Shown: positions 1 to 11,147, numbered from the whole stretch's first letter. The stretch: 63,845 bases of DNA, filler included, from Licmophora abbreviata (GCA_900291995.1; 10 parts of 10 records of this genome joined end to end with filler, not necessarily neighbours in it); one strand, 5' to 3'. Notes: generated by a model from the letters alone, not told the origin. Translations and numbers: made by a program.

Positions 1-377
1 CGTGATCATACGGACGCTGTTCTCGTGTTCGTCGCTGCCATCCTTTCAAATCGTCGGCGACTGTCGACCCTGACCCTTTTCGAATCCTTTCAATTTCGCA
101 CATAAGAAGCACACGCGTTCGTCTCAGTGCCTTGCACTGACGTTCCAATCCGTCCTCTTCGCATGGAGTAACTTTCTTGGGAAAAACGTGGGCAAGTGCT
201 CGGCGGTGAATATCGACAACCGTGGATTCGAAAGGATTAGTTTTGCCTCTCAGGACTGATTCAGGGCTCGGATTATCCATCATGCAATTGCAAGAGCAAG
301 CAGTGGCCCATCATGGCAGCAACAGAGTCGCAGAATGAGGCAGCCGCGCCATGGTCGCGTCGTCGGTCGTCGAAGTT

Positions 378-419
378 TGGAATGTGGAATCTGATGGAAT
401 GTGGAATCTGTGATGGAAT
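378..419. repeat. Short tandem repeat (TGGAATGTGGAATCTGA, ~2.4 copies)
   Basis: Visible direct repeat in the intergenic DNA upstream of RPS19. Confidence 0.6.
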
Positions 420-940
420 TGATATTGGTAGCACTTTCGCGTTTACCGCTTACTCAAAGCCTTATACTCGTCTCTCGTAGCTTCTACGCGACCCTGTATT
501 GGCCCCTCGATGGTTAGTTTCGTTCAGTGGCTCACTCGAAGATTGTGTGTCGACGCTTGCGCAGGTACGGTCATGGCGGAACGGATGCTCCACCGGCTAC
601 AAACGCTGAGTGTGTCCATCCACTAAAACGAAACGGTAGCGATGCATGTGCGAAGGCAACCTGAATGATCGGCTCGAGAAAGAACGAGAACGACCGACGA
701 CACTCAATGTGACGACCATGGTGCTGTACGGAATCTGGAATTCGATCAAGGTCGTTCGTCCTTTGCTCATTCTAGCTTGAGTTCCCCGCCAAGGGGACGA
801 TACCGACGATGCCTCGTCGACGATTGAGGGATGCTCTTGCATCGGTTGACGTTTTCATGATGGGGCAGTGCGTTACGACCGTGCATTCCTTCTCATTCTC
901 ACATTCTCGTCGTTGCCCACACGTTGCAGAAAAACTGGTC

Positions 941-1396
941 ATGGCGGAAGAAGTGCGTGGTATCTGCGTCCGAGACGTGAGCGCTCGTGCCTTTATCGAT
1001 GCGTATGCGGAGCATCTTCGGAACTCAGACAAGTTCGAATTGCCCGTATGGGCCGACACGGTCAAGACTGGTGTTTTCAAGGAGCTCGCTCCTTATGGAG
1101 ATGACTGGTATTACGTTCGCGCTGCCTCCATTGCTCGCAAGGTATACCTGCGTCCTGGGTTGGGAGTTGGTCAGCTTCAAAAATGGTATGGTGGTTCTTA
1201 CCGACGTGGTGCCCGAACGGAGCATTTCCGAAAGGCTAGCTCTGGTTTGATCCGCTCTGTTCTCCTTCAGTTGGAAGAGATGAAGGTTATGGAGAAGCTT
1301 CCCAACGGAGGACGTCAGGTTACACGAGTCGGACAACAGGACTTGGATCGTATCGCTGGAACTGTCTTCCGAGCGGCCGAAGAGGATGACGAGTAA
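941..1396 (+). CDS. RPS19: 40S ribosomal protein S19 (eS19)
   Basis: ATG at 941; motifs WADTVKTG..KELAP, DWYYVRAASIARKVY, GQQDLDRIA; no intron. Confidence 0.96.
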   Translation: MAEEVRGICVRDVSARAFIDAYAEHLRNSDKFELPVWADTVKTGVFKELAPYGDDWYYVRAASIARKVYLRPGLGVGQLQKWYGGSYRRGARTEHFRKASSGLIRSVLLQLEEMKVMEKLPNGGRQVTRVGQQDLDRIAGTVFRAAEEDDE

Positions 1397-1455
1397 ACTA
1401 ACGCAATACAAAACGACAACGATACTTTCGCTCTATGTACAAGTTAGCACCATGG

Positions 1456-3576
1456 CTAGGCTCTTGTAGCATTCGGGTCGCTCTTTGGAAATCTCTTGCC
1501 CCAGGCAGTCTCCGTGCATGAAACGATTGGGTGCCTGTCAGCCATACCATGTGCTTCATATATCTTCACGGACTCTACGAAAGCCTCACGGGCCTGTTCC
1601 ATGTGACCCGTCGCTTCAAAGACTAGACCAGTATAGTACACCGTTTCCGCAAAACTGATCTCGACGTCGACGCCCATTGCCTCGTAGACCCCGAGTGCTT
1701 CTACAAAGTGGCCCAGAGATCGGTTGTAATTCCTTGACTCATATTCCACAACTCCCAAATGATAGAGTGCGCGCGCAATTTGGGGAAGTCCGTTCGCTCC
1801 CATTTTACGTCGAATGACAAGTTCTTGCTTTAGAACCTTGACTGCTTCAGGCAACTCGTTCCCCGCCTTATAGATGAGTGCCATTTCTCGCATCACCTTG
1901 GCAATCAAACCATTGTCTTTCGGTCTCTCGCCCTCGTAGATTGAGAGCGCCTGTCTAGCGCAGTTCATTGCCTTGTCAGTATTTCCACTCTCCCGAAGGC
2001 ATGCACCCAATTGAAGAAACGTGTCGGCCAAGAGTGGATGAATACTGCCCAGCGACTGCCTTCGGCGCCTGAGAACGCCCAAGTACGCCGATACTGCTTT
2101 TTCGCTCTTGCGCATCGCCCTATAGCACATTGCGATGCATTCTAGAGCGTGTGTAGTTTCTTCGCAGTCGCTGCCTCTGGTTGACAAAAAGATAGAGTAG
2201 GCTTTTTTGAACGACTTCATGGCTCTGGGGATATCTCCCATTGCTTCGCGGCATCTGGCCTCCTCTATTAACGCCCGAGCAACGTCCTCATGATCGATAC
2301 CGGATGTAGCAGCTTTAATCTTTACGGCTTGCTTGAGGGCTGAGGCGGCTTTCTTATGGTCTCCTTTTGCCATGTAGAGCGAAGCGATTTCATCAACCGT
2401 GGCAGATACCTTTGGGTGGTTGTCTCCAAGCGAAGTCCGATACATTTTTAGAGTCTGTTTCATCTCCTTTATCGCTGGCGCAGGACGACCCTTGGCTTGG
2501 AGAGACCTTGCCGTCAGTACAAGCATGTCAGAGACGCTAGCATGCGCTTCACCGTTCAATGCCTTTTGCATTTCAAGAACTTGAGCGTAGACTACAATGG
2601 CCTTGTCGTACTCTTTCAGCTTGTGGTAGATACTACCAAGTCGAGTTCTTGCTGTCATGGTAGTGGTATGATTGTCACCCAATTTCGCGCTGTAAATTGA
2701 AACAGCCTCTTTATGTAGCTGCAGCGCATGTTGATCGTCACCTTGTTCGGCGAATACGTCACCAAGAGCAGCTGTAATGCTAGCACAGAGGACATCGTAT
2801 CGACCATGCCTCTCTACACATTTGCGAAGTTGGTTGACCAGATCATGGCGCTGGGACTCAGCAGCGGGTGCTCCACTACGTGATAGAACGACCAATCCAT
2901 CCGACTTGAGTTTGCTCTGGCGTCGCGACCCGTTTTGGAGAAGTGGGCCAACGCGGCTCTTCTCGATGCTGATAGCGTCGTCGGCGAGCTCCTTGTTTGA
3001 ATGCATCAGAGGGTGCCCAACGAGGCTCATCTCGATGCCGATGCCAGTATTCTTATCAAAATTGTTCTGACGCACCGATAGATCCAAGGAGTCACTAGTC
3101 TCTTTCGTCTTTACCGTTTCAGACTCCGATTGGAGAGCATGGTGGGCCGATCCATCGCCATGAAAATCAGCAGAGTCGCTCTCGATTACATCCTCGGCAC
3201 CTTTGGTATCATTTCGAAATAATCGCTCGACTCCACGTGCGGAAACAGAAACATTGTCAGTGCGTTCTCTTGCTATCACTGACTTTGCCTCGCTTGCCTG
3301 CTCGTCTCGTATAGGTTCAGTTTGAACATCATGGACGTCGATTCTGGCGTCGACCCCCGTTGGCGTGTCCCTCTCACTCATCTCCTCTGTATCATTACGG
3401 GTCTCCTGGTGAGCATCCATGGGAGGCGATGATGACCCATTACAAAGATCAAAGAACCACTCTGTCGGACTCTTTGAAGATTCGACCGGTGTCGTAGGGC
3501 ACCCACGTTTCTTGGCTGGTTGCGTATCCACATGCACTATCCCAGTGGCGATTGAAACTCTTGTGCGTACGACCAT
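1456..3576 (-). CDS. Tetratricopeptide-repeat protein (kinesin-light-chain/nephrocystin-3-like 42-aa TPRs) with disordered N-terminus
   Basis: Repeated LGDNH/LGSIHP..A..L..LG units across the C-terminal ~450 aa; start codon uncertain. Confidence 0.8.
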   Translation of the reverse strand: MVVRTRVSIATGIVHVDTQPAKKRGCPTTPVESSKSPTEWFFDLCNGSSSPPMDAHQETRNDTEEMSERDTPTGVDARIDVHDVQTEPIRDEQASEAKSVIARERTDNVSVSARGVERLFRNDTKGAEDVIESDSADFHGDGSAHHALQSESETVKTKETSDSLDLSVRQNNFDKNTGIGIEMSLVGHPLMHSNKELADDAISIEKSRVGPLLQNGSRRQSKLKSDGLVVLSRSGAPAAESQRHDLVNQLRKCVERHGRYDVLCASITAALGDVFAEQGDDQHALQLHKEAVSIYSAKLGDNHTTTMTARTRLGSIYHKLKEYDKAIVVYAQVLEMQKALNGEAHASVSDMLVLTARSLQAKGRPAPAIKEMKQTLKMYRTSLGDNHPKVSATVDEIASLYMAKGDHKKAASALKQAVKIKAATSGIDHEDVARALIEEARCREAMGDIPRAMKSFKKAYSIFLSTRGSDCEETTHALECIAMCYRAMRKSEKAVSAYLGVLRRRRQSLGSIHPLLADTFLQLGACLRESGNTDKAMNCARQALSIYEGERPKDNGLIAKVMREMALIYKAGNELPEAVKVLKQELVIRRKMGANGLPQIARALYHLGVVEYESRNYNRSLGHFVEALGVYEAMGVDVEISFAETVYYTGLVFEATGHMEQAREAFVESVKIYEAHGMADRHPIVSCTETAWGKRFPKSDPNATRA

Positions 3577-3888
3577 CTTCAACCAGATCGCCTTTCAGAG
3601 CAGCAATCCATGGGTACCACAATATGTGATGGTGAGTTTGGTGAGAGATACGGTAGGATTTAGAAGAGAAGATGACCTCTGTGTGTTCTGCGGTTGCGGG
3701 CAAGCAAAGCGTTGAACTGTGCTAGACTGATGACACAAATCTCAACTCTCGCATATGATTAGAGTGACTGTACGCGTAGGTGTTTGGTATGCTCCCCCGG
3801 TTATGCATTCCACAAGTATTGATAGAGAAATTATGAGGAAACCCGGAGGTTGAATTGTTATGTTCGAAGTCCACAATTCTATTGCTGT

Positions 3889-3988
3889 NNNNNNNNNNNN
3901 NNNNNNNNNNNNNNNNNNNNNNNNNNNNNNNNTTAATTAATTAANNNNNNNNNNNNNNNNNNNNNNNNNNNNNNNNNNNNNNNNNNNN
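3889..3988. other. Artificial scaffold linker (N44-TTAATTAATTAA-N44)
   Basis: Identical 100-bp spacer with stops in all frames; also at 26273, 32503, 40365, 44840, 46292, 50408, 52904 and 59368. Confidence 0.97.
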
Positions 3989-4364
3989 CATTGGTGACGC
4001 GAATCGCTAGCTGCTCTGCCCGTGCAATAATCTCTCTGCGCACTCGAGACGAGACCGACTTGCCCACAGTTGCAGCATACGTGCGGTTGTGCATCATGAG
4101 CATTTCCACTTCGGAAACATTGTGAACAACTACAGACTTGAAACCATTAGGGTGGATATTGCGGGTAGCCTTGTCGGAGCCGTATCCAATACTGGGCATG
4201 GGGACCGCACCCTTGAAGCGACGGCGCACACGTCCATCAATACCCTTAGGTTTGCGCCACGACGAGTTGCCGATACGCATAAACTGGTCCGACTGGTGCC
4301 GGGCGAACTTTTTCGTTCGCTTCTTGACAATAGTCTTCTTGTTGAGAGGAATTGGCCCTGCCAT
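3989..4364 (-). CDS. RPL32: 60S ribosomal protein L32 (eL32), 3' end lost in gap
   Basis: IVKKRTKKFARHQSD, WRKPKGIDGRVRRRFKG, MPSIGYGS, LMMHNRTYAA. Confidence 0.95.
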
Positions 4365-4985
4365 TTTGGAACTAGCTCTAACCTTGATTCTGCTGAAACG
4401 ATAGACGGAATAATCGAGTGAGTTAGGCGTATGCAGAAAGAATAGTGATTCTCTGAAGCATGTCTCTGTCCTAGCACGGCGGATCCCAGAGCTGTGTCGA
4501 CGTGCCTCCACAACGCGGGCACATTGAGCGACAAGAGGCTGACATCGCCGGGCGCCACTCAAACTGAACGAAGACAACGCCCACCGGTCTCTTTTTTACT
4601 TCTATCACGGATTTGTCCATTCTTCGTCGCCATGAGCGTGCAACCGATTCTGACTTGAAAGCAAACGCCGCTGCAGCTACCATGGTTCTCTCACCTTCTT
4701 GCTGCGAATGTTGGACGGTGCGAGTTCACTGCAACGAAGATGATGAGACTCATAACCGGTCGTTTAGTAAGCGGTAAAGGAGCACAGGAATTTGGAAGTG
4801 GGGTGGTCGAGTGATTCGAAGGAGTCCCAATAATGCATTGATGACGTACGCTTCGTGACTGCATTTCGAATGACCTACCCGGCTCAACTGGGACTCTCAT
4901 CGAAAAATTTAGACACAATATTTCATGCATGAGAGTGTGACTACATTTGATCTCATACCTATCCACTCCAAAAGACTAGTTGGCC

Positions 4986-6896
4986 ATGAATCTCCACAAA
5001 GAGAAGGATTCTCAGCCCGCCATTGCTTGCTCGACGAGTGGTAACAAGCCTTCTGGATATCGGGACGAAAAATCCGGGTTCAAAGACGACAAAATCGCAG
5101 ACGATCTCGAAAAAGGTCAGGAGCAGTCCGTGCTTGTGGATCGTTCAGGACATCATACTGGTAGCGAGGAAGAGGTGGTCAGATGCAATGAATATGACCC
5201 ATCTCCAATCGAAAGCGACACGGCTAGTAGTGATGTCTTAAATGGCTCTAACATGCCCCCGCCACTTGGGTATATCCGTCGCAGCGAGTCGATACCTGGT
5301 GCCTTTCGTGTCGCGTCTGGATTGGTACCTTTTGACAATCCCTCCTTTTCTGTTGATGGTACTGAGACTGCCCCAAGTCACAACGATGACGGATACAGCG
5401 AAGATATTCTTGTTCATGCCGAGCTGGTGTCGCGCTCGTCCAGTGAAACAACGAGGAGAAGCAAAGAAGAATCGGTACTGGTAGAAGCTTCCCCTCTTGA
5501 TATGGGTATTGCCGCTTTCCTTCGAATGGGCCGATGCTTCCAATTCAGTATCATTCTTGGTTTTTTGTCCTTGATAGCATGTGCTGCTGTGTTAACACTC
5601 GTGCTGGCGAAACGTGGGCAAGAACAAGGAGTGGCACCAACCGAGTCACCCTCCATGGCCCCCACGACAGAGGAAGAAATGACTCTTCGAGAGCTATTCT
5701 TACAAGTGCTGCCCCCCACATCACTGAAGTCCCTAGAGGATTCATCATCACCACAATCGCAAGCATTCGATTGGCTTTTGGAAACGGGTACGGCAGATGA
5801 CCACTCGGTTCAGCGTATCCTACAGCGATACGCTCTGGCGTCACTCTTCTTTGCAACGTCCGGTCCGACAACATGGGTCAGAAATGATGGCTGGCTGCTT
5901 GACAATGATGAATGCAACTGGTTCTCGAAAACCACTCGTCGAAGCCCTTGTCATGACGGCCGCTACATACACCTCGATTTGCGCGGTAACTCCCTTCAAG
6001 GGGAACTCCCGCCTGAAGTTGGTCTGTTGACATCGTTAACTTTCGTCGACATGGCGATGAATCTCATTATGGGAGAGATACCGTACGAGATTTCATCATG
6101 GACCGCGTTGGAGAGCCTGGACTTTTCCTTGAATCTCTTTTCGGGAGTCATCCCAACCAGTGTGGCAGCACTCACACAGCTCGAGTATCTAGACCTTAAC
6201 TCAAATCGTCTGACGCAGTCGATCCCAAGCGAGATCGGGCTATTGCAGAATCTCGTCGACTTAATGGTGCATCAGAACAACTTTCAGGGGGGTATCCCGT
6301 CCGAGCTCGGTCAACTTCAAGCACTGCAAACCCTATGGCTCTTTGACAATTCTCTCACTGGTGGAATACCGCCTGAGCTTGGGGGCTTGTACAGCCTTCA
6401 GTACTTGTCCCTAGAAGACAACGATCTCTCAGGGTCCATTCCCATCGAAGTATGTTCGCTTTCCTGGCTTGCAGATCTGTGGCTACAACGCAACTTTCTC
6501 GTGGGCGAGATCCCGACTGAGGTCGGACTGCTTTCATCTCTTGTCTATTTCAACGTAGGAAACAACACTCTTGAAGGGACTTTGCCGACCGAGGTAGGTC
6601 AGCTGACCGACATTGAGTTCCTGAGCGTGTACGACAACGAAATGGATGGAACTCTCCCGACAGAGCTTGGTCAATTGACATATCTATATGAGTTGTACGT
6701 CGATAGCAACAAATTCTCGGGTGCCATCCCTAGCGAGCTCGGTCTCCTGGACGGGTTGACTTTCTGGGCGTTCGATAACAACCTCACTGGTCCTGTCCCG
6801 ACCGAGCTTTGCGAGCTTGTTCACGAGGATGCTAGTGGACTGGCCGAGGTCCAAGTCGATTGTGACGAGCTCGACTGTGCGTGCCTGGAAGACTGA
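4986..6896 (+). CDS. Leucine-rich-repeat receptor-like membrane protein (type II topology, no kinase)
   Basis: Disordered N-terminus with PGAFRV; one TM helix (IILGFLSLIACAAVLTLVLA); PTESPSMAPT stalk; SPQSQAFDWL/QRYALA cap; ~12 plant-type LRRs (LxxNxLxGxIPxELGxL). Confidence 0.88.
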   Translation: MNLHKEKDSQPAIACSTSGNKPSGYRDEKSGFKDDKIADDLEKGQEQSVLVDRSGHHTGSEEEVVRCNEYDPSPIESDTASSDVLNGSNMPPPLGYIRRSESIPGAFRVASGLVPFDNPSFSVDGTETAPSHNDDGYSEDILVHAELVSRSSSETTRRSKEESVLVEASPLDMGIAAFLRMGRCFQFSIILGFLSLIACAAVLTLVLAKRGQEQGVAPTESPSMAPTTEEEMTLRELFLQVLPPTSLKSLEDSSSPQSQAFDWLLETGTADDHSVQRILQRYALASLFFATSGPTTWVRNDGWLLDNDECNWFSKTTRRSPCHDGRYIHLDLRGNSLQGELPPEVGLLTSLTFVDMAMNLIMGEIPYEISSWTALESLDFSLNLFSGVIPTSVAALTQLEYLDLNSNRLTQSIPSEIGLLQNLVDLMVHQNNFQGGIPSELGQLQALQTLWLFDNSLTGGIPPELGGLYSLQYLSLEDNDLSGSIPIEVCSLSWLADLWLQRNFLVGEIPTEVGLLSSLVYFNVGNNTLEGTLPTEVGQLTDIEFLSVYDNEMDGTLPTELGQLTYLYELYVDSNKFSGAIPSELGLLDGLTFWAFDNNLTGPVPTELCELVHEDASGLAEVQVDCDELDCACLED

Positions 6897-7015
6897 ACTC
6901 TCATTCTCATTTCATACAGTCAATCATACATCCTTTATTCCTTATTACATGTAACGATCTGCATTATGCATTAATAAAGACTGGTTTCGTCAATCTTGCT
7001 TTTGTATCGCGTTCC

Positions 7016-7819
7016 TCAAGCAAACTCCAGTATATCGTTGCGGCCTCCGACAAGGTGCCACTTCTTGTCGTCGAATTCAAAGGTATCATCATCGTCATCG
7101 AGAGCAATGTCGTCCCAACACACTCTTCCTGGCGGATTGCGTGGGTCACGTCGAAGAACAAGGTAAATGAAGCTTCCGAAGACAGCAAGTGCCCCAATAA
7201 AAATAAAAATACTCCACAGAAAAGAGAGGAATCCTCTTTGTTTCTTGGACCATGTAACAATAACGTTTTCGGCACAATACGTCGTGTTCGCACCCCCAAG
7301 ATCGAAAAGATTACCGTAGTGACCGGAAGCAAAGCCTGCTGAAGCATACGGAAAGAAGATCGAGTCATCGTCGGCCCCATATGCGCTGTAGTTGAATGTG
7401 AGCGTCAGAGTGTAGTTCCCGGTTTGCGGACAAGTGGTTCGCCACGAGTGTTGCAGTCCGTCCAGACCACAGAGTGAATCATAGCTAAGTAAGTCTCGAC
7501 GTTGGGGGCCTCCGAACTCGAATATGGTGAGATAGGTTGGTATTTCAGTGAGATCTTGAACAATTTCAAAAGTCATCTTCAACCTAGCCTTGTCACCCTC
7601 TCTACACGTTTCACTATTTCGATAGTTGGGCCCGCCGTAATAGTAGGAGCCTCGAGAGTCGCAAAGAATCGTCAAACTCGCCACCATTATTGGAGAATGA
7701 TCACATACGAGCAGTTGATTGTAATGCCCTTGGTCAAAGGATGAGTCGCTATTATAGTCTTCAGTTGCGCCGCCAACGATGACGATCGCGAGAAGGACTG
7801 CCCACAGACTTCTTCGCAT
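7016..7819 (-). CDS. Unknown type I membrane protein, 6-Cys ectodomain (paralog A)
   Basis: Signal peptide MRRSLWAVLLAIVIVGG; CDSRGSYYYG..NYRNSETCREGDKA; C-terminal TM helix and acidic tail. Confidence 0.8.
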   Translation of the reverse strand: MRRSLWAVLLAIVIVGGATEDYNSDSSFDQGHYNQLLVCDHSPIMVASLTILCDSRGSYYYGGPNYRNSETCREGDKARLKMTFEIVQDLTEIPTYLTIFEFGGPQRRDLLSYDSLCGLDGLQHSWRTTCPQTGNYTLTLTFNYSAYGADDDSIFFPYASAGFASGHYGNLFDLGGANTTYCAENVIVTWSKKQRGFLSFLWSIFIFIGALAVFGSFIYLVLRRDPRNPPGRVCWDDIALDDDDDTFEFDDKKWHLVGGRNDILEFA

Positions 7820-7875
7820 TATGTTTGAACTCTTTTGGGATAAATGCTGAGGGAAATGGCTAGATATGATTGATA

Positions 7876-7898
7876 GACGACGACGACGACGACGACGA
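7876..7898. repeat. (GAC)7 microsatellite
   Basis: Visible in the spacer between the divergent paralogs. Confidence 0.75.
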
Positions 7899-8200
7899 GA
7901 CAGTCCGATCGATGACGGCAATATGAATGTGTCGCGCAATTTGTGGCGATAGCACCCCGCGGGAAGCGCCAACGTGCAAAACAAAGTGTGAGACGTCCGG
8001 TACCTGTCTTAAATGAAATATAGAACGCTTATCCTAGTGCTTGAATACATAACGTATTTAAAAGACTCAACAATGATGCTCTTTGCTTTTTGGCGACATG
8101 TCGCGAAGCGCGGGGTCGTCTTCGCAAGATTGAAGACTCGTCGCCGGTTGCTGTTGTTGAGCCTTTCTTGTTGTTGTCATTATCAGCGTATCCCGTCACC

Positions 8201-8908
8201 ATGAGGTGGATCCTAGCTCTACTGTTCCTGACGGCGGTGGCCACGACACGAGCGTCGTCCGACGATGATTACTATCGAGATGACGACTATGTGAACACTG
8301 CACAACAAGTCCAGCCTTGCGAGGACTATGTCATCGAAGTTACTGCCTTGGAAATGTCCTGCGACAGTCCATACACCTTCTACTATGGCAATGGGGCCAA
8401 TCGAAACAGTGCCGTCTGTGACTACGGTGACAAGGCCACCATGACAGTCTACTTCGACGTTAACAAGGACATTTACCGCCGGGTCAACGCCATCTATGCC
8501 ACCACCGCCGCCTACACTCAAGGCGGCGACCAGCTCTTCACTCTCGAACCCTTCGATGTCTGCTCCTCTGTAGGACAAGACTGCAGATACGCCGGATCCT
8601 ATTATTTCTCCTACAAGACTCAGTTCGCGTACATTGAAGGAAGCGAATCTCAGTTCGTTCCCTTGCAACAGATTGCATTCGGCAAGGGAGATGAGGGGGA
8701 CTCTTCTCTCGGTGGAGTCAATATTCAGTGCCAGAACGGTGGCAGTGGCATCTTCACCCCCGTCGATCAGGGGTGGATTACCAATGCTCCTTTCCTTGCC
8801 AACTATGGTATCTTCTTTGGTACTCTTGGTGTCATGTCTGCTTTTGTTTTCGTCTTGTGGCGTCAAAGCCTGCAGGACCTTGAGGACGATAGTCCTCTCC
8901 TGGGATAG
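8201..8908 (+). CDS. Unknown type I membrane protein, 6-Cys ectodomain (paralog B)
   Basis: Signal peptide MRWILALLFLTAVATTRA; CDSPYTFYYGNGANRNSAVCDYGDKA; TM helix; tail EDDSPLLG. Confidence 0.82.
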   Translation: MRWILALLFLTAVATTRASSDDDYYRDDDYVNTAQQVQPCEDYVIEVTALEMSCDSPYTFYYGNGANRNSAVCDYGDKATMTVYFDVNKDIYRRVNAIYATTAAYTQGGDQLFTLEPFDVCSSVGQDCRYAGSYYFSYKTQFAYIEGSESQFVPLQQIAFGKGDEGDSSLGGVNIQCQNGGSGIFTPVDQGWITNAPFLANYGIFFGTLGVMSAFVFVLWRQSLQDLEDDSPLLG

Positions 8909-9097
8909 GTCGACAAGCCAGGGCCCTCTGCATCTCTAGAGCGATGATGTTGCCAGTGTGGAGTTGCGGTTGCACGATCACCGCAGTACACGCTACGCTT
9001 GACTCGCTGCTGGGACTTCGTCGGGGAGCATCGCTTTGTTCGTTAATGTGCTTCGTAAAAAACAAAAATATCTCTGTCGATTGTTACTTCGTATTCA

Positions 9098-10756
9098 CTA
9101 TTTTCTGGAGCCTTGCTCGCCCAACACTCTGGAGCACACCAGTGCCGCGTTCTGAGGGGTAATTGAGGGAGAAACGTAGTGTACGAGCTCGACGCGACAC
9201 GGATGGTGGCGACAGAGAACCTTCTCCATGTATTCGCAGCGACCGTGGTCCAACAGTCTCTGACACGCTCGGCCAAGGCCTTTGACACCACACTGAAGCC
9301 GGAGAGCTCGAACAATGCAAGATGCGCCATGAGGATCCCTTCCGTCGTCGACATCTGCAAAGGAATGACGGGACTCGTCCATATCTGTACTACCAGGATG
9401 GGATGGATTAGTTCCGCCAGTCTCGCTCACACCGACTGTGTCCATATCCGAGACGGTAGAGGTGCTCCATCGCCGTAGCAACTCAAACTCGGCTGGTCCA
9501 AACTCTACGGGCTCGCCCGCTTGTCGAAACTCACGTCGCAACGTGTCTCGACCGACGTAATCCTTCCAGGAGCACACGCCATGACAGCACGTGGCCATGA
9601 CACAGACATCGATATGTACACCCCGTAAGGACTTGAGCGCTAGGTCTGTTCCAGCTCCACATAAGTGCTTGGCGACAACAACGAGCTTCCCGGCGGATGG
9701 AACGGTCGAGCTCTGGTTGTCGTGTGAGGGTTTCTTGCGTTTGGAACCTGAGGCGGCGGGCACGTCCTCCTCTTTCACACCGAGCACCGTAGGCACGTGA
9801 ACGTGTGTCAGATCACCAGGAACTCGTTGCCATGTCAAGTACGCATCATCGAGATCGAGATAGGACTTCAATACGGGACTAACGCCGCCAGAAAGCAAGG
9901 CCGACTGCTTGGCATCCCTTTCCGCCACACGCAATATTGTATCGGCCTTGTATCTCGTTCCCGAACGTTCCACCATGATAAGATTGACTGGTTTGACATG
10001 CTCATCATTCGTGCTGGCTCCGCCCTTCTCCTTGACTGTCGCTACTGCCACTCCGGCCGCCACGAGTCCCATCATGCCACGTCCAGCGCCCATCTCCAGT
10101 AGAGTCGTCTGAGAAGAAGTACGTGCATCCCGAAAGACGTCGAGTCGTCGCAAGTGACCATTCAAGCTCGCCTGCTGAATCATGTGATTCTTTCCTCCTG
10201 ATTTGATGCGATGGCGAGCAATGGCTTGCGGCAGTCCCGCGTCTAGCTCTAGTTGCGAAAGGTCCTTCATTGGAATCATGTCGTGTATTTGCTGAAATGT
10301 GAGCTGTGTCAAAGGAGGCGACTGAAAGGATGGCCGATTTGACTTTGCAAAGATACGCTGGTGCAATTCCAAAACAGTACGTGCAATCCGATGTGCCCAT
10401 GCGGTTGTCTTCGTGCCGACTTCATCCCTTCCAATTTCGCCGTGACCACCGGTGTTGATATCGCGTCGAAAGTAAGGCTGCGCCTCTTGCTGTTTTTGTT
10501 TCTTTCGTAGAGGACAAATCTTAACATGTTGATCTACTCGGTCTGCCGCAATCATGTGAGAAGGGTCGATAGGACACGGAATCCGTCGACTGGTTGATGC
10601 CGCTGGCGTAGAAGCATTGGCGTCCAAGTGCAAGTGATTGCCGCAGTAGTGCGTCTTGGGAACGACCATCTGGCGGCAGAAGCGCGACTTCTTTTCGACG
10701 TAGAAGTGGCATCGCTCCCATCCCTCGGGGACTGGCGGCGGCAGAGGACTGCTCAT
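9098..10756 (-). CDS. TRM13: tRNA:m4X 2'-O-methyltransferase TRM13
   Basis: N-terminal CCCH finger (CHFYVEKKSRFC..YCGNH), CHHC finger (CPIDPSH..HVKIC), EMGAGRG, AKHLCGAGTDLAL, ATCCH, YV...ITPQN. Confidence 0.9.
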   Translation of the reverse strand: MSSPLPPPVPEGWERCHFYVEKKSRFCRQMVVPKTHYCGNHLHLDANASTPAASTSRRIPCPIDPSHMIAADRVDQHVKICPLRKKQKQQEAQPYFRRDINTGGHGEIGRDEVGTKTTAWAHRIARTVLELHQRIFAKSNRPSFQSPPLTQLTFQQIHDMIPMKDLSQLELDAGLPQAIARHRIKSGGKNHMIQQASLNGHLRRLDVFRDARTSSQTTLLEMGAGRGMMGLVAAGVAVATVKEKGGASTNDEHVKPVNLIMVERSGTRYKADTILRVAERDAKQSALLSGGVSPVLKSYLDLDDAYLTWQRVPGDLTHVHVPTVLGVKEEDVPAASGSKRKKPSHDNQSSTVPSAGKLVVVAKHLCGAGTDLALKSLRGVHIDVCVMATCCHGVCSWKDYVGRDTLRREFRQAGEPVEFGPAEFELLRRWSTSTVSDMDTVGVSETGGTNPSHPGSTDMDESRHSFADVDDGRDPHGASCIVRALRLQCGVKGLGRACQRLLDHGRCEYMEKVLCRHHPCRVELVHYVSPSITPQNAALVCSRVLGEQGSRK

Positions 10757-11147
10757 AGTCGGATGTGCTCTACGACTTGACCGAGCAGTGCTTGTATGAA
10801 GGGCCCTCTTCAGCTTCTTTTTTCTTTTTTCATCGCCATCATGTCGAAGACATCCCATCACAAGAGTTCGGGGAGTTCGTAAAGTATCGTACAGATACTA
10901 GATACTAGGAACTCCTTCGACTTCAGACCGTGATGGCGCGCCACAAACCAAAACTGGCGCGCGTTGTGATTTCCGAATCATTGCAATTTCTACTGCGGTC
11001 TCACTGTTGCGCCCTTCGACAGCCTTCCAGCCACCAAAACCTTTCATCCCCACCTCTCATCGACCAAAGACGAAGTGAACGCCGTCGCTGCTGTGGCCTC
11101 TCCTTGAACTGTTTCTATCTTTTAGACGCTTGGTTTACTCGTTTGCC

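Noticed and set aside
1..41. Possible first exon (MAATNTRTAS + GT donor) of a minus-strand gene leaving the window
   Set aside because: Too short to support
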